Notes: a model not told the origin generated them from the sequence alone. A stretch of DNA of 64,000 nucleotides from Candidatus Hydrogenedentota bacterium (GCA_045863295.1 BTWA01000028.1:1-64000), one strand, 5' to 3'; positions 22,886-33,356 are shown, counted from the stretch's first letter. Made by a program: numbers and translations.

Positions 22886-24094
22886 GTGTCAATTCTAATC
22901 GAGATATTGCTCTTCTTATGGGCAATTCCCCTCGGCCTTATTGTGACGTATCAGGCCATCGTCACCGGGGCCGCCTACGCGTACCGGCCGCAGCGATCCA
23001 TCGGCGCGGAACCCTTGCGATTCGCGGTAGTGGTGCCCGCGCACAACGAGGCAACCGAGATTGCGGCCACTGTTCATGGAATTCAAAAACAGGAATATCC
23101 CGAGGACAAGTTCCGGCTGTTTGTGTTGGCGGACAACTGCACCGACCAAACCGCGCGCGAGGCGGCCAAGGCCGGATCCGAAGTTATTGAACGCACGGAT
23201 CCGCATAATCGTGGCAAAGGCCAGGCGTTGCATTGGTTGTTTGGATCCCAATTGGCCCGGTTTAAGGACTTCGAGGCCGTCGCCTTGGTGGATGCGGACA
23301 CAGAAGTCAGCCCCACCTTTCTCCAATCCATGTCGGATACCTTGCACGTGCCGGGGGTGAGAGCCGCGCAGGGCCTTTACCGTGTCAAGAATCCGGGCGA
23401 GAATTGGCGTACGGCCCTGACATTTGCGGGATTCTCCATCGTAAACTGCCTGCGGCCCATGGGCCGCTCCCACCTCGGTGGAACCGCTGACTTAAAGGGC
23501 AACGGCATGGCACTACGGATGGATCTCGTCCGCGAATTCGGCTACCCCGCCCAAACGCCTGTTGAAGATACGGAGTTCGCCCTTCTTCTCCTCTTGTCCG
23601 GCTACCGGGTGGCCTTTGCCGAGGATGCGGTAGTGCTTTCGGAAATGCCCGCGACCCGGACCCAGGCGGAATCCCAGCGAAAACGGTGGGAGGGCGGCCG
23701 GATGCTGCTGCTGAAAATGTTTGTTCCGAAATTGTTGAGGCGGTTTACGAAATCCTTCGATCCTGCGCTCCTGGATGCGGCCCTCGATCTGTGCACCCCA
23801 CCACTAACCCTTCTGGTAGCCATCGAATTGGCCGGATTTGCGGCCTCGTGTCTGGGCGGCCCGGTTTGGATGGCCGTATTTGGATCGCTGCTGTTACTGA
23901 CCGCATTGCAGGTGACTTCCGCGCTCTATGTGAACAAAGCGCCCGGCCGCGTGTGGATGGCCCTGGCAGCCGCACCCCTATTCATCTTCTGGAAGATTCC
24001 CTTATATTTGCGGATCGCATCCCAAGGATCGCCCAAAACTTGGGAGCGCACTCAAAGGCGCGCCGAAGCCGAGAATCACGACACCAAAAGCTGA
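22886..24094 (+). CDS. membrane GT2 (processive-type motif set)
   Basis: PAHNE, DNCTD, DAD, VED, QRKRW; GTG start 22886 after GAGG. Confidence 0.88.
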   Translation: MSILIEILLFLWAIPLGLIVTYQAIVTGAAYAYRPQRSIGAEPLRFAVVVPAHNEATEIAATVHGIQKQEYPEDKFRLFVLADNCTDQTAREAAKAGSEVIERTDPHNRGKGQALHWLFGSQLARFKDFEAVALVDADTEVSPTFLQSMSDTLHVPGVRAAQGLYRVKNPGENWRTALTFAGFSIVNCLRPMGRSHLGGTADLKGNGMALRMDLVREFGYPAQTPVEDTEFALLLLLSGYRVAFAEDAVVLSEMPATRTQAESQRKRWEGGRMLLLKMFVPKLLRRFTKSFDPALLDAALDLCTPPLTLLVAIELAGFAASCLGGPVWMAVFGSLLLLTALQVTSALYVNKAPGRVWMALAAAPLFIFWKIPLYLRIASQGSPKTWERTQRRAEAENHDTKS

Positions 24095-24173
24095 GCGTCT
24101 TGATGAACGGCGAATGCGCCGGGCACGGGCACTTTCACTTATCGCATTGCACTCTGATTTGAGGAAACAGCCA

Positions 24174-25361
24174 TTGAAACAAGCCGTACATTTTGGAGCA
24201 GGTAATATAGGCAGGGGGTTCCTGGGTCAGTTGTATTTCGAATCCGGGTATCACACCACATTCATCGATGTGTCGGACGATCTCGTTGAGGGATTGAACA
24301 AGCACGGAGGATATCCACTTCGAATTGTCGGCGACGACATTCGCGAAGTATCCATTGGCGAGTGCTCTGCAATCCACGGCCGGGATTTCGACGCAGTCGC
24401 GGCGGCTTTGGCACAAACGGACCTGGCGTCTACCGCCGTCGGACAGGCCGCACTGCCACATATTGCGCCGCTGATTGCACGAGGCATTCAACGGCGGTTT
24501 TCCGATGATCGTGCTGCCCCGCTGAATGTCATCATTTGCGAAAACCTGTTGGATGCCGCAAACGTGGTTCGCCAGATGATCCGCGCTCACTTGCCGGAAG
24601 CATGGCACGCGACGCTGGACAGCCACGTTGGGCTTGTGGAGGCCTCAATTGGCCGAATGGTGCCCATTATGACGATGGAACAGCGAGCCGAGAGTCCCTT
24701 GTTGGTCTGTGTGGAACCGTATTGTGAACTGCCCGTGGACGCAAACGGTTTCAAAGGAGACATCCCACCGCTCAACCATTTGAAACCGCAGGAAAACTTC
24801 ACGGCCTACGTGGAGCGAAAACTGTTTGTACACAATGCCGGCCACGCCTGTGCGGCCTACCTGGGATATTTGCGGGGCCACGAGTATATCTGGCAAGCCA
24901 TGGGTGACGGCGCGGTTCGCCGCGAAGTGGAAAAAGCCATGCACGAATCCTGTCTCGGCTTGCACGCCCGGCACGGCATGGACCTGTCCGCCCTCACGGA
25001 GCATGCCGCGGATTTGATTCATCGATTTCAAAACAAGGCCCTAGGCGATCAGGTATTGCGTGTGGCGGCCGACCCCGTGCGCAAGCTCGGACCCAAGGAT
25101 CGACTGATTGGAGCGTGCCACATGTGTCTGGACCAGAATGTCGAGCCGCGTAGTCTTGCGTTTGCAGCAGCCGCCGCCATGCGGTACGATCCACCGTCCG
25201 ACAAAGCAGCGGAAATGGTGCAGCGCATCTTTCACGAAAGCCATATGGATGGCGTGATGCGTGAAGTCTGCCGCGTTTCGGCCGATTCACCACTGGGCCG
25301 TTTGATAGCGGAGCAACATAACCGGCTTTCCCGAGAGGGATGGCTGCGGAAAAAGGCGTGA
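24174..25361 (+). CDS. mannitol-1-phosphate 5-dehydrogenase-like protein (MtlD family)
   Basis: HFGAGNIGRG, TAVG, CEN, RMVP, ERKLFVHNAGHA, DPVRKL; TTG start after GAGGA. Confidence 0.82.
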   Translation: MKQAVHFGAGNIGRGFLGQLYFESGYHTTFIDVSDDLVEGLNKHGGYPLRIVGDDIREVSIGECSAIHGRDFDAVAAALAQTDLASTAVGQAALPHIAPLIARGIQRRFSDDRAAPLNVIICENLLDAANVVRQMIRAHLPEAWHATLDSHVGLVEASIGRMVPIMTMEQRAESPLLVCVEPYCELPVDANGFKGDIPPLNHLKPQENFTAYVERKLFVHNAGHACAAYLGYLRGHEYIWQAMGDGAVRREVEKAMHESCLGLHARHGMDLSALTEHAADLIHRFQNKALGDQVLRVAADPVRKLGPKDRLIGACHMCLDQNVEPRSLAFAAAAAMRYDPPSDKAAEMVQRIFHESHMDGVMREVCRVSADSPLGRLIAEQHNRLSREGWLRKKA

Positions 25362-25434
25362 GCGCCCATTGTATGGGTCTGCCGCCTGTCGCACGCGTAA
25401 ATAACTGTTTCACAACCGATCGATAGGAATCGCC

Positions 25435-26757
25435 ATGCAGGAAGTTTTGCTACCCCAACTGGGACAGTCCGTGGAAGAAGCGTCCATCGTTGCGTGGATT
25501 CGCAAGGAAGGCGAAGCAGTAAAAAAAGGCGATCCGCTGTTTACCGTTCAAACCGATAAGGCAGAAATTGAATGCGAGTCAACGGCGGAAGGCGTGTTGA
25601 GAAAGATACTTGTACAACCGGACACGCTGGTTCCGGTCATGACCGTCGTGGCCTTGGTAGGCAAAGTCGATGAAGCGCTCCCCGACTTGAGCAAGTACGG
25701 ATCCACCCGGACAACCCCGTCTGCGCCGGCCACGCCGTCGGCCGAGTCCCCGGCTCCCGTGCCGGTCGCGGTTACGCAAGCCCCCCCTGCCCTGCTACCG
25801 CAAACCGACAAAGTACCGGTGTCGCCCCGCGCCCGCCGAACCGCCGCTGAAATGAAGATCAACCCGGCGCTTGTGGCGGGATCCGGCGTCGAAGGCCGAG
25901 TGATGGAAGCTGACGTCAAGGCCTTCGCAGAGTCAATAAGCGCTGTTAAGATGACGCCTACCGCGCGCCGGATGGCGCTGGCTAGCGGAGTCGATCCCCG
26001 CGGTTTAAGCGGAACTGGCCCCGGAGGCAAGATTACCAAGGCCGATGTCGGCGCGCCTAAGGGCGGGCTTGGACCCGCTCCGGAAAGGCCGGCCGCGGGC
26101 GACGTGCAGCGAGTTCCATTGACTCCTATGCGCAAAATAATCGCCAGGCGCATGGCGGAAAGTCTCTTCAGCGCCCCGCATTACTATGTCACGATTGAAG
26201 TTGATATGGCAGCGTGCGCCCAATTCCGTGGCGCCTTGCCGTTTAAGGTCTCCTACAACGACCTGTTGTTACGTGCTGTTTGCCGCGCCTTGGAACATCA
26301 TCCCATGGTCAATGCGCGTTGGGCGGGCGAAGCCATTGAGATTGTAGGAGACGTAAACCTCGGCGTTGCAGTCGCGCTGGACGCCGGACTGATTGTGCCG
26401 GTTGTGAAGCAAGTTCAGCGCATGTCCCTCCAGGACATTGCCCGGGAGAGCAAAGCGCTTATCGACAAGGCCCGCACCAATAAACTCACGCCAGACGATT
26501 ACAGTGGCAGCACTTTTACCATCTCGAATCTGGGTGTATTCGGCGTCGATCATTTTACGGCGATTATCAACCAGCCCGACAGCGCCATCCTCGCCGTGGG
26601 GCAGATCAAAGATACGCCCGTCGTTATTGACGGCGGTATCCACGTGCGTCCAGTAATGAAACTGACAATGTCGAGCGATCATCGTGTGATCGATGGCTCG
26701 CTGGCAGCTCAGTTCATGGGCACGTTGAAGCAGATCCTGGAATCAGCGGATTTCTGA
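25435..26757 (+). CDS. 2-oxo acid dehydrogenase E2 (dihydrolipoamide acyltransferase)
   Basis: Lipoyl TDKA, two subunit-binding domains, FTISNLG, DHRVIDG. Confidence 0.93.
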   Translation: MQEVLLPQLGQSVEEASIVAWIRKEGEAVKKGDPLFTVQTDKAEIECESTAEGVLRKILVQPDTLVPVMTVVALVGKVDEALPDLSKYGSTRTTPSAPATPSAESPAPVPVAVTQAPPALLPQTDKVPVSPRARRTAAEMKINPALVAGSGVEGRVMEADVKAFAESISAVKMTPTARRMALASGVDPRGLSGTGPGGKITKADVGAPKGGLGPAPERPAAGDVQRVPLTPMRKIIARRMAESLFSAPHYYVTIEVDMAACAQFRGALPFKVSYNDLLLRAVCRALEHHPMVNARWAGEAIEIVGDVNLGVAVALDAGLIVPVVKQVQRMSLQDIARESKALIDKARTNKLTPDDYSGSTFTISNLGVFGVDHFTAIINQPDSAILAVGQIKDTPVVIDGGIHVRPVMKLTMSSDHRVIDGSLAAQFMGTLKQILESADF

Positions 26758-26816
26758 AGCGGAAACCCATCGTATATACGTGATGCGGTGCAACCCAACC
26801 AAGACAAGGCATTACA

Positions 26817-28211
26817 ATGAGCAGCATGTATGACGTAGCGGTGATTGGCGCGGGGCCGGGCGGGTATGTCGCGGCCGTCCGGGCGGCGCAGTTGGGTGGC
26901 AGAGTCGCCGTAATCGAAAAAGCCGAATTGGGCGGAGTATGTCTGAACTGGGGATGCATCCCCACCAAAACGCTTATCTACGCGGGCGAGCTCTTCAAGA
27001 AGCTAAAGAAACCGGAGCAATACGGCATCAGCGCGGACAATGTGCGTCTAAACCTGGACCCGCTTATGAAGCGCAAAGAACAAGTAGTGCGCGGCAACCG
27101 GGCGGCCGTAAAGAACCTGTTTACAACGAATGGAATCGACCATATTCAAGGGGAAGCGCAACTCACCGGCCCCAAGGAAATCACCGTCAACGGAGAAATC
27201 GTTCGCGCCAATTCCGTAATCATTGCGACAGGCAGTTCGTCCGCTGGATTGCCAGGAATCGCGCTGGATGGAAAGCGGGTCATAACGTCCACTGAAGCGC
27301 TGGAACTGCGGGAACTGCCGGAACGTATTGCCGTGATCGGGGCGGGCGCTATCGGCATGGAATTCGCCTCCCTATGGAATATCTGGGGCGCGAAGATGAC
27401 TGTCCTGGAACTCATGCCCCGCATACTTCCGCTTGAAGATGAAGAAGTCAGCGCATACATGCACTCGCTGTTCAAAAAGCGCGGCATGGATATCCGGGTT
27501 GGGACGATGGTGTCAAAACTGGATGCGCGTACTGATGGTATTAAATTGACTTTGGAAGGCGAACACCCTGGAACCGTGGATACCGACCTCGTATTGGTTG
27601 CCGTGGGACGAAGATTCCACTCCGAAGTAGTGACCAAAACTCCGGGGCTGGGCGTCGAAGTCACGCCTCGCGGCGCGATCATCGTGAACGAGCGCATGGA
27701 AACCACGCTGCCGGGAGTGTATGCCATTGGCGACGTGACTGCAAAGACGCTATTGGCGCACGGAGCCTCAAACGAAGGATTGATTGCGGCCGCAAACGCC
27801 ATGGGCGGCAACAAACAAATGGACTATCGCGTCATCCCCGCATGCACGTTTACGTCGCCGGAGGTGGCGCACGTGGGCATGACGGAAGCGCAAGCCCGTG
27901 CGACCGGTCGCGACATTCACGTGGGCCGCTTTGGCTTCTCGCACAGTGGACGCGCCTTCACTATGGCCGACACGGAAGGATTCGCAAAAATCATCGGTGA
28001 CGCGGGAACGGATGAGGTGCTTGGTGTGCATATCTGCGGGCCGGAAGCCGGTGAACTCATCGCACCGGCCGCCTTGGCCATGCGCCTGGAAGCCACCGTA
28101 GAGGAACTATTCGATACGGTGTATACCCATCCGACACTTTCCGAAGTGCTCATGGAAGCGGCGGGAGACTATTTCTCGCTTGGCATTCACACACCACCCA
28201 AACGCGGATAA
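26817..28211 (+). CDS. lpdA: dihydrolipoyl dehydrogenase (E3)
   Basis: GAGPGGY, GGVCLNWGCIPTK, GAGAIG, HPTLSE. Confidence 0.96.
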   Translation: MSSMYDVAVIGAGPGGYVAAVRAAQLGGRVAVIEKAELGGVCLNWGCIPTKTLIYAGELFKKLKKPEQYGISADNVRLNLDPLMKRKEQVVRGNRAAVKNLFTTNGIDHIQGEAQLTGPKEITVNGEIVRANSVIIATGSSSAGLPGIALDGKRVITSTEALELRELPERIAVIGAGAIGMEFASLWNIWGAKMTVLELMPRILPLEDEEVSAYMHSLFKKRGMDIRVGTMVSKLDARTDGIKLTLEGEHPGTVDTDLVLVAVGRRFHSEVVTKTPGLGVEVTPRGAIIVNERMETTLPGVYAIGDVTAKTLLAHGASNEGLIAAANAMGGNKQMDYRVIPACTFTSPEVAHVGMTEAQARATGRDIHVGRFGFSHSGRAFTMADTEGFAKIIGDAGTDEVLGVHICGPEAGELIAPAALAMRLEATVEELFDTVYTHPTLSEVLMEAAGDYFSLGIHTPPKRG

Positions 28212-28228
28212 ATCAAATCGACTGACCA

Positions 28229-28276
28229 GTTCCTGAACACGGTATGTTCAAGTCCTGAACATGTCCGCGCATGTTC
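28229..28276. promoter_or_regulatory. candidate operator array of TGAACA/TGTTCA half-sites
   Basis: TGAACA 28234, TGTTCA 28245, TGAACA 28256 (11-bp period), TGTTC 28272. Confidence 0.4.
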
Positions 28277-28441
28277 TTCGTGCGTCAATCAACCGGTTCG
28301 TGCGATTTCTCCAGCAAATTCGCACTTGGTACAGTTCCTGCTTTACTACATTTGCCGCTCAATGGATCGCTTCGCGACATTGGCAGGCAAAATGTCTGTT
28401 TGTATCGTGCAGATTACAACACAGTTTGTGGAGCTGTCCAA

Positions 28442-28843
28442 ATGCGTACTCGGAATCCGTCCACCGTGTCATGCCGTTCGAACTTCAAACGCAGGGTCGT
28501 AGCCGTTCTCGGCGGCGTGTCGTCGCTGATTCTGACGCTAGGCTGTCCGATTCAGATTCCCTCGGTGGCAGGGGCCTGGAACCTAAAACTGGACGCAAAT
28601 TGCGATAAGGCAGGAATTGTCCAAGAGGTTTTGACGTTGGCCGGGAAGGACAGTGCGTATGTAGAGGCATCGATTTCCGGAGTATGGGAAAAAGATGGTG
28701 AGTTTATCGAAGTAACGCTTGGATTCCCTATGGGTGAATCGTTGCGGCTGCGAGGCATGGTCAGCGGAAACACCATGGAAGGCACGTTCGATTATTCCAA
28801 ATCCTTGGTGACCGGGTGTTGGACAGCAACGCGCGCGAACTAA
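28442..28843 (+). CDS. hypothetical lipoprotein (beta-rich)
   Basis: KRR plus hydrophobic stretch and LTLGC lipobox; GAWNL...GCWTATR; start uncertain. Confidence 0.6.
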   Translation: MRTRNPSTVSCRSNFKRRVVAVLGGVSSLILTLGCPIQIPSVAGAWNLKLDANCDKAGIVQEVLTLAGKDSAYVEASISGVWEKDGEFIEVTLGFPMGESLRLRGMVSGNTMEGTFDYSKSLVTGCWTATRAN

Positions 28844-28885
28844 TGCATATGAATGTTCATTACCACAGGTAACGGGAGAAATCGT

Positions 28886-29728
28886 ATGACAGGCCAAGAA
28901 AAGGTAATGCGTTGGGGCATAACGGAATGTCTCCCCTTGCTCGCTGTTGCAGCAGCAATCGTGCTGCTATGTACGAGTACCACGGCCGCGGCGGCGCCCA
29001 GACCTGAACTCCAGGGAACATTACTTGTGAATATTTTTCCTCTAGAAGCGGTGAGCGCTGGTGCGCAATGGTCCGCGAGTAACGGCTTGATGCAGACCGG
29101 ATGGCTGAACAGCGGTGCCGCAGCGTTCCTTGATCAAGGTGTTTATACGATTTCGTTCGCGCCCGTTGCGGGGTGGATTGCGCCTTCGCCCATCCAGGTT
29201 CAGCTAACCAACAGCGTCCTTGCTGAATCCGGCACGTATCAAGCCGAGAATGAAGCCCAAACGCTTTCCCCTCCTCAAAATGTAAGCGCAACCGATGGAA
29301 CCTTCGTCGATTTCGTTCGAATTACCTGGGATGGGGTGGACGGCGCAACCGGATACGAAGTCTTTCGTGAAGATACGGAAAAACCGGAAATCGAACAGCC
29401 CATCGCGACCGTTACCACAACGACCTACGACGACACCTCCGCCGGCGAGAGCCAGCTCCTGCAGGCAAATTGCCAGCCGTATCCCGACTATGTCGTGCAT
29501 ACTTACCGTGTACGCGCTTTTGACTCGAGTTCCACCAGCGTAGTCAGCGAACCGGACACGGGGTACCGCGGCATCGTGGGCGTAGATGACCCATCGAAGA
29601 AGGCCGGGCTTCTGTTTGCCTCTATACCCACAAGGCACTTCGCCGGGGGAATCGGCATCCTGATTGCCGTTGCAGTCGTGCTTACCGGTCTGAATTCAAC
29701 GGGACGGACCAAACGACAAACCGGTTAA
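28886..29728 (+). CDS. secreted surface protein with beta-sandwich and Fn3-like domains, C-terminal TM anchor
   Basis: Signal peptide; AGAQW..GWLNSG..FAPVAGW module; PQNVSATDG..ITWDGVDGATGYEVFR..YRVRA; hydrophobic tail then basic residues. Confidence 0.7.
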   Translation: MTGQEKVMRWGITECLPLLAVAAAIVLLCTSTTAAAAPRPELQGTLLVNIFPLEAVSAGAQWSASNGLMQTGWLNSGAAAFLDQGVYTISFAPVAGWIAPSPIQVQLTNSVLAESGTYQAENEAQTLSPPQNVSATDGTFVDFVRITWDGVDGATGYEVFREDTEKPEIEQPIATVTTTTYDDTSAGESQLLQANCQPYPDYVVHTYRVRAFDSSSTSVVSEPDTGYRGIVGVDDPSKKAGLLFASIPTRHFAGGIGILIAVAVVLTGLNSTGRTKRQTG

Positions 29729-29882
29729 TTTCCGCTCCGAAGCCACGCAAGTCTGGCCACATCGCCAAAGACAACGAGACTTTCTCAGTATTCACGCGTG
29801 CAGACCGCCGAAACGAGCCGATTGGCTCGACAATTTGGTCCTGTAGTCCGTATCATCTGCCGTTTGCAGCAGTGCCGCTCAA

Positions 29883-32186
29883 TTGAGTCACGGGAATCGG
29901 ACGGTGGGGCCAAAACAGCGAAGAGTCTTGGAGCAATCCGTTTGTCTTGGGATCATTGCGATCTCGGCGGCGCTGTTGCTGTATCCAGCCATTTTGGGTG
30001 AAGCCACACCGGTTTCGCTCAGTCCGATCTTTTCTTGGGCGCCATGGCAGGATGCCACACCCGATTCACTCCGTCCTTCTGTAGCGGATCGCGCTACCGA
30101 TCCCGCCCAGAAATTTCTCCCCTGGTACGTTTTTCTTAATACCGCTGGCTTCTCCGAAGACATCTTTTGGAACCCATATGAAGCCGGCGGAGTGCCGTTT
30201 TTTGCGCTTTGGCGGACACGTTGTCTCTCGCCGTTCTCGCTGCCGTTCTACGTGTTCGATCCTTTTATGGCCCTTTCAATTTCCTTGTTTGCGAAATTGC
30301 TCGTGGCCGGTGCAAGTGCTTTCTATGCGGCAAAGCGATTTGGTTTCGCGACGTCCATGGCGCTATTTGTCGGCCTCACCTTTCAGTTAAGTGCGCCTTT
30401 GGTCTTCTGGAGTGTCTGGCCGTTAGCCGATGTAATGCCATGGTTTCCTTTGCTCGTAATATTTTGCGAACGTCTCGCCCTTGGACATTACCGCACTTGG
30501 CCGTTGGGTGCGCTTACCTTGGTGCTCATGTTGTTGGGTGGCGATCCGGAGTCGGTCCTCATGCTGCTGGCGTTCGGGGCCTGTTCTCTGGTGGTGCGTG
30601 CCGTAATGACGCGCTCCGGCGCGGGCTCGCTGCTTGGCGCCGTTTCCACGCTTATCGGTACCTTGTTTCTTGCATTGTGCGCAATGGCCCTACAGGCAGG
30701 ACCGTTCCTTGAATGGTTGCGGGAAGCGGCATCCACGGGCCGCCCCGAGGCATTGACGTCCCCGGGATTGTCCGACCTGTCCGCTCTGCTATTTGCTCCT
30801 TACATGTCCTTATCCAATTCATGGGAAGCATGGCGAGGGCATACCCTGGTTGTTTCCCTATTGCACGCTGGTCTGGTTTCAACGTGGATGCTGGTGCTTT
30901 GGATTTCATTGCGACGCCTCGCCCATGTCGGAGAAAGGCGGCGCATCGAACCACTGCTGTTTTCAACTCTGCTGTTCACGGTGCTGGGGCTGGTCGTATA
31001 TCCGGTGTTGCGGTCGTTGCCGCCGCTTGCTTGGCTGAATCCCGAGCACTTCTTGTTGACGAACGGGTTTATTCTCGCCATAGCCGCGGCGGCGACGGGC
31101 GAAGAATGGCTTCAACTGAAGGCAGACGGATGCTCCGAAACGTTGAAACGATTCGGCGTCCGGTTGGCCGTCGTCGTTGCACTTGCCGGCGTGTTGGCGG
31201 CCATGAATTTCGGCGACAATTCATGGGGGCTTGAAGTCGGTCTGGGTGTGGTTTTGTTGGCCGGGCTGCTTGCCCTCATAGGAGCAACCCTACTGTACCC
31301 TTCCATACGCGTGCTGGGATATGGCATGTCCGTCCTGGCCTTCTTGAATTTGTATCCGTTGGCCTCCTTAAACATGCCGTGGAGCGAACGCGACGCGTTC
31401 TTTCCCAACACGGAATTCGTTTCCTCGCTTGAAGAAACCGGCTCCCGTTTGTCGGGCAGCGAAGGGTTGGCCCAGTGGCCGTTGACCGCCCACTTCATTG
31501 CACAGTTTCATGCCTTCAGTGGGACACAGACCAAACGTCATGCCCTGTTCGAATCGGCCTTGGCGCACGATGCACTTCTGTCCCGGCGCACGGGTTCTCC
31601 TTATTTGCTCCTGACACAGGCCGACATTCAGGGCGCATTCGCGCAAATCAGACCGCACTTGCGCATCAAGCATGTATTCTCCTCCGGTGCAGTCTTGTTT
31701 GAAGATCCGGAGGGGTATCCGCGAACGTGGTTGGCATCCTCTGTTCAAGCTGTTGACTCACCCGACGCAACCAAAATCGCTTGGGAAGCGCCTCCCTTGA
31801 TGGAGCATGTTGAAGTGCCGTTCGCCCCTGCGGAAGCCCCCGGCGTCGCACACATTGAGAGTCCGGAAACGCACACACGGCTTAAAGTGAATGTCGATTC
31901 CACGGCGCCAGGATTGCTTGTGCTGGCGGACAGTTGGTATCCCGGATGGACTGCAAAAGTGAATGACGTCGAGACCGAAGTATTGCCTGTCGACGCGATG
32001 TTTCGTGGCGTAGTGACGCCTGCGGGCAAAAGCAGCGTTGTCTTCGAATATGCGCCCAATTCCCTGGAATCGTGGGCGGTCGTATCGCTGCTCTCTTGGC
32101 TCATTATACTCGCCGGAATAGTCTATCTGTTGCCAGGGGCCATTCGCAGAATACGGCAGCAATCCTCTTGGTCTTGGATTGAGTAA
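29883..32186 (+). CDS. YfhO-family polytopic membrane protein (GT-C-like)
   Basis: WNPYEAGGVP, many TM helices, GGDPE, LVLADSWYPGWTAKVN, FRGV; start uncertain. Confidence 0.8.
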   Translation: MSHGNRTVGPKQRRVLEQSVCLGIIAISAALLLYPAILGEATPVSLSPIFSWAPWQDATPDSLRPSVADRATDPAQKFLPWYVFLNTAGFSEDIFWNPYEAGGVPFFALWRTRCLSPFSLPFYVFDPFMALSISLFAKLLVAGASAFYAAKRFGFATSMALFVGLTFQLSAPLVFWSVWPLADVMPWFPLLVIFCERLALGHYRTWPLGALTLVLMLLGGDPESVLMLLAFGACSLVVRAVMTRSGAGSLLGAVSTLIGTLFLALCAMALQAGPFLEWLREAASTGRPEALTSPGLSDLSALLFAPYMSLSNSWEAWRGHTLVVSLLHAGLVSTWMLVLWISLRRLAHVGERRRIEPLLFSTLLFTVLGLVVYPVLRSLPPLAWLNPEHFLLTNGFILAIAAAATGEEWLQLKADGCSETLKRFGVRLAVVVALAGVLAAMNFGDNSWGLEVGLGVVLLAGLLALIGATLLYPSIRVLGYGMSVLAFLNLYPLASLNMPWSERDAFFPNTEFVSSLEETGSRLSGSEGLAQWPLTAHFIAQFHAFSGTQTKRHALFESALAHDALLSRRTGSPYLLLTQADIQGAFAQIRPHLRIKHVFSSGAVLFEDPEGYPRTWLASSVQAVDSPDATKIAWEAPPLMEHVEVPFAPAEAPGVAHIESPETHTRLKVNVDSTAPGLLVLADSWYPGWTAKVNDVETEVLPVDAMFRGVVTPAGKSSVVFEYAPNSLESWAVVSLLSWLIILAGIVYLLPGAIRRIRQQSSWSWIE

Positions 32187-32188
32187 GT

Positions 32189-32226
32189 AAAAAAAGAAAA
32201 CCCGCACAGAAACGCCTGTGCGGGTT
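32189..32226 (-). terminator. intrinsic terminator
   Basis: AACCCGCACAG/CTGTGCGGGTT stem preceded by A-tract on + strand. Confidence 0.8.
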
Positions 32227-32243
32227 GCAATAACTACGTACGA

Positions 32244-33356
32244 TCACGATCCCTTGTTGATGGCTTTCTCTATTTTTTCATTCTCCGGCATACCCAACGA
32301 CCTGGCCTTGTCGTAGTGAATCTTGGCGTTTGACGCGTTCTTCTTCTCCGTGGCATACCACCAAGCCAGATTGTAATGTGCCGGACCGTATTCGGACTGG
32401 GCCGAAACTAATTCGGAGCACATCCGAATCGCATCGTCTACCTGCTTGTTGTGCGACAAAGCGACGGCATAGGCATTTGTCGCGTCGGCCGAATCCGAGG
32501 CCAGACTAATGGCCTTCTTGAAATGAACGGAAGCCTCCTCGAACTTTTTGCGATTCATGGCTAACTTGCCCATGTGATACGCGCCCGTGGCACTCTGTTC
32601 CAGTCCAAGGGCATACAACAATGTCGAAGCGCTGTCCTGAACCGCCGATTCAAATCGTTCACGTAGAATCTTACCGCCTTCCGCTGTCCAGCGGTTCACT
32701 GCTTCGTCATCCACGGTAAACTGAGGCGACGTGACGTTGATGCCTTGCCGGCTGGTTGGGTCCCCCAAGTCGGTGTCCGCCAACACGAGGTCGTTGGTAA
32801 CGACAAGCGTATCGCTCCATACGGTATCGATACCCGGCAACTGCACCAATTTGCCATCGAGCCTGACGGCCAGAATCCCGCTGGGACCGTAAATTCCATA
32901 CTGCGTGACCAAATCCAGAACGAGATCGTAGTCATCCTTGGCCAGATCCTCGTACCGTACGTCTATCACATCCTGCCGCGACTGAAACCCAGCCGTCGAA
33001 CCGAGAGGAGCCACACTCTTCAATTCGCTGGTTACCGCGGCGTCGAGGCGCTCCGAAAGTATCTTCTCAAACGCTTCAGCAGGCTTATAATCTTTCAGCG
33101 CGTCGTGAATGCGGTCGCGATAGACCGCGTTGACCACCGCATCCGCGCCCGAACCGAGAACGAGACCAGTCGTTCCTGCAACTTTCAATGTCTTGCCGGC
33201 AGGCGACACCGCGACGATCATATCACTCGGCGTCGCTTTCACGGACCACGCCGGCTTCGCCGCGTTGCTCAACGAGGGCGGAACGTCGGGGGTCGTTGCG
33301 CAGCCTGCGGCCAAAATCAAGCCTCCGAGAAACAAAAATCCCTTCTGCAGCTTCAT
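32244..33356 (-). CDS. lipoprotein with C-terminal TPR repeats
   Basis: LAAGC lipobox; AYHMGK..A..HFKKAI, AHYNLAW, HYDKA TPR-like helices; GAGAAGG RBS. Confidence 0.8.
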   Translation of the reverse strand: MKLQKGFLFLGGLILAAGCATTPDVPPSLSNAAKPAWSVKATPSDMIVAVSPAGKTLKVAGTTGLVLGSGADAVVNAVYRDRIHDALKDYKPAEAFEKILSERLDAAVTSELKSVAPLGSTAGFQSRQDVIDVRYEDLAKDDYDLVLDLVTQYGIYGPSGILAVRLDGKLVQLPGIDTVWSDTLVVTNDLVLADTDLGDPTSRQGINVTSPQFTVDDEAVNRWTAEGGKILRERFESAVQDSASTLLYALGLEQSATGAYHMGKLAMNRKKFEEASVHFKKAISLASDSADATNAYAVALSHNKQVDDAIRMCSELVSAQSEYGPAHYNLAWWYATEKKNASNAKIHYDKARSLGMPENEKIEKAINKGS

